Source of the DNA: Methanobacteriota archaeon
GTDB taxonomy: Archaea > Thermoplasmatota > Thermoplasmata > SG8-5 > DAIRED01
Assembly (NCBI GenBank): GCA_043799545.1
Contig: JAZDNO010000007.1
Coordinates: forward strand, 1 to 15,769
DNA: 15,769 nucleotides
Direction of reading: 5' to 3'
Shown: piece after piece, positions 6,586-12,500 of the stretch
Layout: every line of letters begins with the position of its first letter
Numbering within the stretch: the stretch's first letter is position 1
Notes under the pieces: model-generated
Told to the model about the DNA's origin: nothing
Databases searched by the model: none
Seen by the model: only the letters and a program-made list of their open reading frames with translations
Made by a program: the position numbers and the translations under genes

Positions 6586-9500
6586 ATGCTCGAATTGAAG
6601 AATAGATACGCCGCGATGATTTTGGCCTGCCTGGTAATCGTCTCTGGATTATCGATTGGCATCGGCCACTCATCGACCCCGTCAAACGACCGCACGACAG
6701 AATCCGATGTGCTGCACCCCTTGGACCGCCCTCAACAGGTTGCCGGGATTGATATGGACCAAGAAACGGCTATTGAAACTATGCCCAAGTCGGCCCTGTC
6801 GCTTCCCAGCGGTGAGTTCGTGACCGTCGTGGTTGCCACGAAGGATGCCGGCGAGTTGGCGAGATTCCTCTCGAAATACAGTTACTCAGGCAATATCGGC
6901 TCCAGGAGCGATGGTGCTGGCTCTTTGGCCACGCCTGTCTTGACCGTGCCTTCCGAATCGATAGAGGGGATATCCTCCCTTCCGTCCACTATGGGTGTTT
7001 ACGAATACCAGCCGAAGGTAAAGCAACCGGTCCTCCCTCCGTCCAAAACCGACTTTGTCGGGCCGGTGGGAGGCATCAACAGCGTAGATTTCGATCAAGG
7101 CATCGTGCAGCACCACAACGCGGACGATGCCTGGGCAGCGGGCATCACCGGAAGCGGCGTCAAAGTTGCAGTCGCCGATTCAGGTGTGGACTTTGCCACG
7201 CCGGACCTGTTCGGGTCGCAGGCGACCTTCGACGTTTCCAAGGTGAAAGCGGATATCCTCGCAAATAAATCATACTTAAAAGAATACGACGGGTGGCCCA
7301 TCGCCTTCGACGAATCGTCCATGGAGAACTACCTTGCGAAGAAGGGCGATGCGACGGGAACCTGGTACGCGGACACCTCTGCGAGACGCACCCCCATCCC
7401 TCTCAAGGTTTTTGACAGCACGAAAACCATCACTGTCGACGGAAACCCTGCTGATTGGAGCAGCGCGGACCTTGTGGCTTCGGACCCGAGCGGAGACATG
7501 ACGGACGTCCGCTACGACGTCACCTCACTCTACGCATTGAGGAACTCCGCGACCGCCATCTGGAACTTCGGATTTGACGTGATGGGGACCACGAATGTGA
7601 ATGTCACATACAATTTGGCGATAGACACAGACATGGCTCCGGGCCAGGGGGCGACGAAAGACCCTTTGGGCCGCCCTGTGCGGTTCGCGGACGGGTGCCT
7701 CCCGGATAAAATGATCACGGTCACGCATACCCCCTCCGATACCTTCGAGAACGCATGGTTCTATCAGTGGAACGGGGCGGAATGGGACATGACCGCCAGT
7801 TATTCGTTTGACTTGCTGTTCTTTGCAGAATATGCCTACAATCCTGCGCTCAAATTCGCAGAGTTCGGCGTGATAGGCGATCAATCAGGCGGTTCGTTCA
7901 GGGACCAATTCTCGTTGCCCACGGACAAGATACAGGTAATCCTGTACACAGCAAGCGAAACCAGCCATGCGCAGGACACCGTTCCCTCGGACCCTGCCGT
8001 TATATATACAACGCCGGATTTGACCGCCTCAATAACGAAATTGTCGACGCCCGTTACCTTATCCCCATACCCGGCGAGCTACATCCAATACGGCACGAAC
8101 ATTTACAACGTGACGGGCATAACAAGCATATCCGGGATTTACCACATCGGATACCACCCGGACAAGAACATGCAAACGGAATTGTTCTCCGGCAAGGCCA
8201 TGGCAATCCTCGCTGTCGATGCCGTCGTGAGCGGGGAATACGACACGGTATACGTTGATATGTCTGGAGATGTTGGCTTTTCACCCGGGGATATGGACGC
8301 AAGCTTCTCAAACGAAAAGCCCTGCACCCGGGACGACCCCGTTGCGTACTACGACAGCTACAACTTCGCGAGTGACACCGCGGACTACAGCAAGTGGAAC
8401 ACCGGTGACGGGATTCCAGACCTGTCGGGAGGGATGATATACTTCATCGGCAACTCAACGGAAGTGAAGAATGAATGGGTGGTAACTCCCACGGAGAACG
8501 GCACCAACACCGCCAAGCTGGCACATGGCAACATCTCAACTCCGGACGAGTGCGTGCTTTACAAGAACGGCGCGAAATGGGAATTCACCGAAGTCACAGG
8601 AGAGATGGTCATCGTGGCCGCAGGCGGCGAGAAAAAGGCTAAACTTGACTACAAGAACGTGGCGACGGGAACTTTAGTGCTTTTCGGGAGCAACATTTCA
8701 GTGAAGAACGATTTGCTCTTCGAGCAGGGCTCCACTGTATCCAACACGATATTGCTGAAGCGCAAAGGCGTTACCGCGTTCAACACGTTCGACCTTTACT
8801 ACAAGCCAAAGAACGAGTCGCAGCCCCGACGGGAGATGGCCGGCTCCGAATACCAGATCCTTTACGACATGGGCATAAAAACCTGGAAGCTAATATTAAC
8901 AGGTACCTTCTTTGAAGGTGATCAGTACTTTGCATACTACAACTTCACAGGCACGATGGTCGATGGCGTGGATTATGACAAAGACCTATCCAAGGGAGAC
9001 ATCTTACTCACGGAGCCTCTGATAGCGAGGACGATCATCACTGCGGATTACTGGTGGAGGCCTTACGTCGTGGATTTATTGAGCGGCAATCTCACATTCA
9101 CCTTCTATCTGAAAATAGGGGACAACATCACGGCGACATACCAGTATGGCACCACCCCAATACCGTACTCAGACTCTTATTGCAAGCGCTTGGGGCTCGA
9201 CAACTATTACCCGGGGAAGGGCAATGTCGTCGCGCTCATAGGGGAGTTTGACAGGACAGTGGACGAGAATTTAGAAGATATAGGCGAACTCCACGGTACG
9301 CTGTGCGCGTCCGCGATTGCCGGAGGGAGCTCTAGCTCGCAACTGTACGTCAACTCCGTCTTCAAGGGCGCATTCAATCAGCCAAAAGGCATCGCGCCGG
9401 ATTGCGACATCATCGCGATAGCCAACATATACAAAACCGAGGGGTACGAATTCTGGTACTTCTCAGTCGAAGGCTACGACGGGGCGCCAGGCACCGGCGA

Positions 9501-12500
9501 CGAGGCGAACATCGTCAGCAACAGCTTCGGCCAGAGCAAGACCTACAACGACGGCTGGGATTTCGAGTCTCGTCTCATCGACTATCTGACCATGGACTAC
9601 GCGAAGGGCCAGACGGTGTTCACCGTATCGGCAGGCAACGAAGGTTACGGTTATGGAACCGTTACAGCTCCAGCATCGTCGCCAGGCGTCATATCGGCCG
9701 GTGCGGCCACGGACATGTACTACCGGTTGCTTCTCAACGAAGACGGCGGAGAGAATCCCATGTTCGGCGATGTCTCGCCGTTCTCCGGGCGCGGACCAGG
9801 CGGGATGGGGACGCCGGACCCGGACGTCATAGCCATCGGCGACAAAGCGGTTGGGAGCTTGCCCCTGTACCTGGCCAACTCCGACGGGAAGCGGGCCATC
9901 TCGATATGGGAGGGCACCGACATCGCAGCCCCGATTGCAGCCGGTACGTTGGCGTTGGTATACCAGGCGTACGCCCAAAAACACAGCGGGAAATACCCCA
10001 CCGCCCTCGAGGCTCATGCCATACTGAAGTCGACCGCCGACAACATCAACTACGACATCTTCAGCCAGGGCGCTGGATTCATCAACGCCGACAGGGCGAC
10101 AAACGCAGCCCTCGGGACCGACGGTCTCGTCGTCTCGCCATCCTCGTGGGTGCCTGGAACGTACCAGGGCGCGAAGACGGACGTATTCACAAACGTCATG
10201 CAGCCCGGAACGAGCAACATCACAACAATCCAGGTCGCCAACTGCGACCTGGTTTCGGATGCGACAGCGAACGTCCACGACGACATCTTCAAGAAGATCG
10301 GCACTTACGAATACACATGGGGTACTGGCGGCCAGCTGAACAACAAGAACGAGTCCTGGGAGGTCGTCAACCGAGACAGCCTGGGTCAGAACGCGAGCTA
10401 CTGGGACCAAGCGCAGATGGTCAAGGTGACCGCACACATCAACTCCATGGACATGGATCCCTCTAACGACCTATATCCCGACTCTGGATACTACATGCGG
10501 TTGTTCAATTGGGAGGATCTGAACGGAAACGGGGTGCCTGACCAGGACTGGACGGACGGCACCGGCTACACGCACGTCGCCCACGGCGAGAGGAACCAGA
10601 TTGCATTCAGCGAAGGCCGGAACATCATGGAGACCATCGTCCACGACCCGAACCAGAGGATCGCCACGGGATTGCTCGTCAGCATTATACCGGATGGTTC
10701 CAACATCCAATGGCTCAACTTCACAGTCAGCGTAGACTTCTACATGCGCGTAGACTGGAGCTGGTTGAACGTACAGAATTCCCTGATCGTCCCCGCGGGA
10801 ACGACGAGGGGTCTTCCTTTGACAATCACGGTCCCGAGCAATGCCGGTATAGGGACATACGAAGGGGCAGTCTACCTCGACCACGACGCGCAGACCGTTT
10901 CAGACGAAGTGGTCTACAACGCATCCATGCACCCAACGTACACGGAAAAAGTGTACAACACGACGAACCGCATCGCCAATCTGTCTCAGGGGGATTTCAC
11001 AGGGCTGGAACTCTACAAGCACAAGGCCGGCTCTTTCAACTCCCTCACCAACAAAAGCGTGTTCAACAACGATAGCGTAGCATATAGCCCAACTGGAACC
11101 GAGGTCACTCCTTGGGGATTTTTCCTACCGCTACCGTATGGAGAGATAATCAATACTACTTTTCTGGCGTTCTTCATACCTGGCGATACCGTGTATGATG
11201 CATTGGAAATTGCGGACTTTACCGTAGATCTCACGACAGGATACGTAGAATTCACGGATCCCAATTGGGACGACCCGCTAAACAACAACGGGATATCGGA
11301 ATTTTATGCGTGGTACGAATATGCAGACGTCACCTCGGCATACACGCCAGATGGAAGCGAGGTCGCGCCTTGGGGATTCTACCTTCCTCTTCCTTATGGG
11401 GAGATTACAAACTACACTTATCTGGCATACAATATACCTGGCGACAACATATACAACGCAACAAGTATCGCTAATTATACCGTGAACCTCACAACAGGAT
11501 TTGTGGAGTTTACAAGCGCTTTGTGGAACGACCCGCTCAATAACTATGGCATAACAGAATTTTATGCATGGTACGAATATGGCGTCAGTGCATTGCTGCC
11601 TTCCGTCAACTATACGTTTTATCCGGCAAACGGGACAATAATCTTGAGTGCTGCTGACGCTCTACAGCCCGGCAATTACCTCACTGCTGTGAGGTGGAAC
11701 ATACCAACAAGCGCTTTGGGCCACGGAAATGTCATTCTCGGAACCTGCATCGTCTCGGCCAACGGCATAGCGCTCAACATCAACCAATTCTCAATAACCC
11801 CGTCCACGGGCGTCATAACATTCAGCAACCTCGATCACGAAACGACGCTAATAACTGCGACCTACAATTACTACGCGCACACCGTAACAATCCCCGTCGC
11901 AGTCACCGTAAGCACCGTTGGCAGCGACTTCCGTCTCGGAGGACCGACAACGATATCGCAGGACCTTTACAACAACAGCCAAATGGGCGGAGGCGCTTGG
12001 GACCTGACCGACGGTGGGGACTGGCGCATATACTACGTCTATATCCCCCAGCAGGGTCTTTTCGTCAAGGGAGACGGGTACAAGCTAATAGTCGATGTCT
12101 CATGGCGTGCGATACCAACCGATATTGAGATATTCATTTACGGGGCGGGCGAGGGGGATGAATTCAGCACCTCGAACCCGGACAGGTACGGGCCGTACAC
12201 GCTTGCTGACGTCGGCAAGAGCCAGATGCCGTCCGGCTCCCAAGGGTTCTACACTACGACGGGCGGGAACGAGGAAATAATCACTGGCCAGCTTAAGGGC
12301 GGTTTGAACCTAATCGTTTTGCATTGCACCAACATCAACGGCACCAAGACGAGCGAAGAGTTCTCGGGGGTCGGCGGATGGATTTCCACTAGCTCCGCAA
12401 AGGTCGAGGCCCGCACGAGGGAAATAAAAGGCAACGTCTCGATGACCATGAGAAGCAGCATGAGCTGGCCCTTAGGAAGCAAGGCTTCCATTCTTGGACC

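Noticed and set aside
6411-6695. Small minus-strand ORFs 6411..6695 and 6479..6685 in the divergent spacer
   Set aside because: They overlap the start of the 2767-aa gene and the AT-rich promoter region. They have no protein-like features or RBS.
11080-11580. The 258-nt duplication as a CRISPR array, DGR template/variable repeat pair or mobile element
   Set aside because: It has only two in-frame coding copies, and differences are spread over all bases and often synonymous, not adenine-specific. No reverse transcriptase, transposase or terminal repeats are present in the window.
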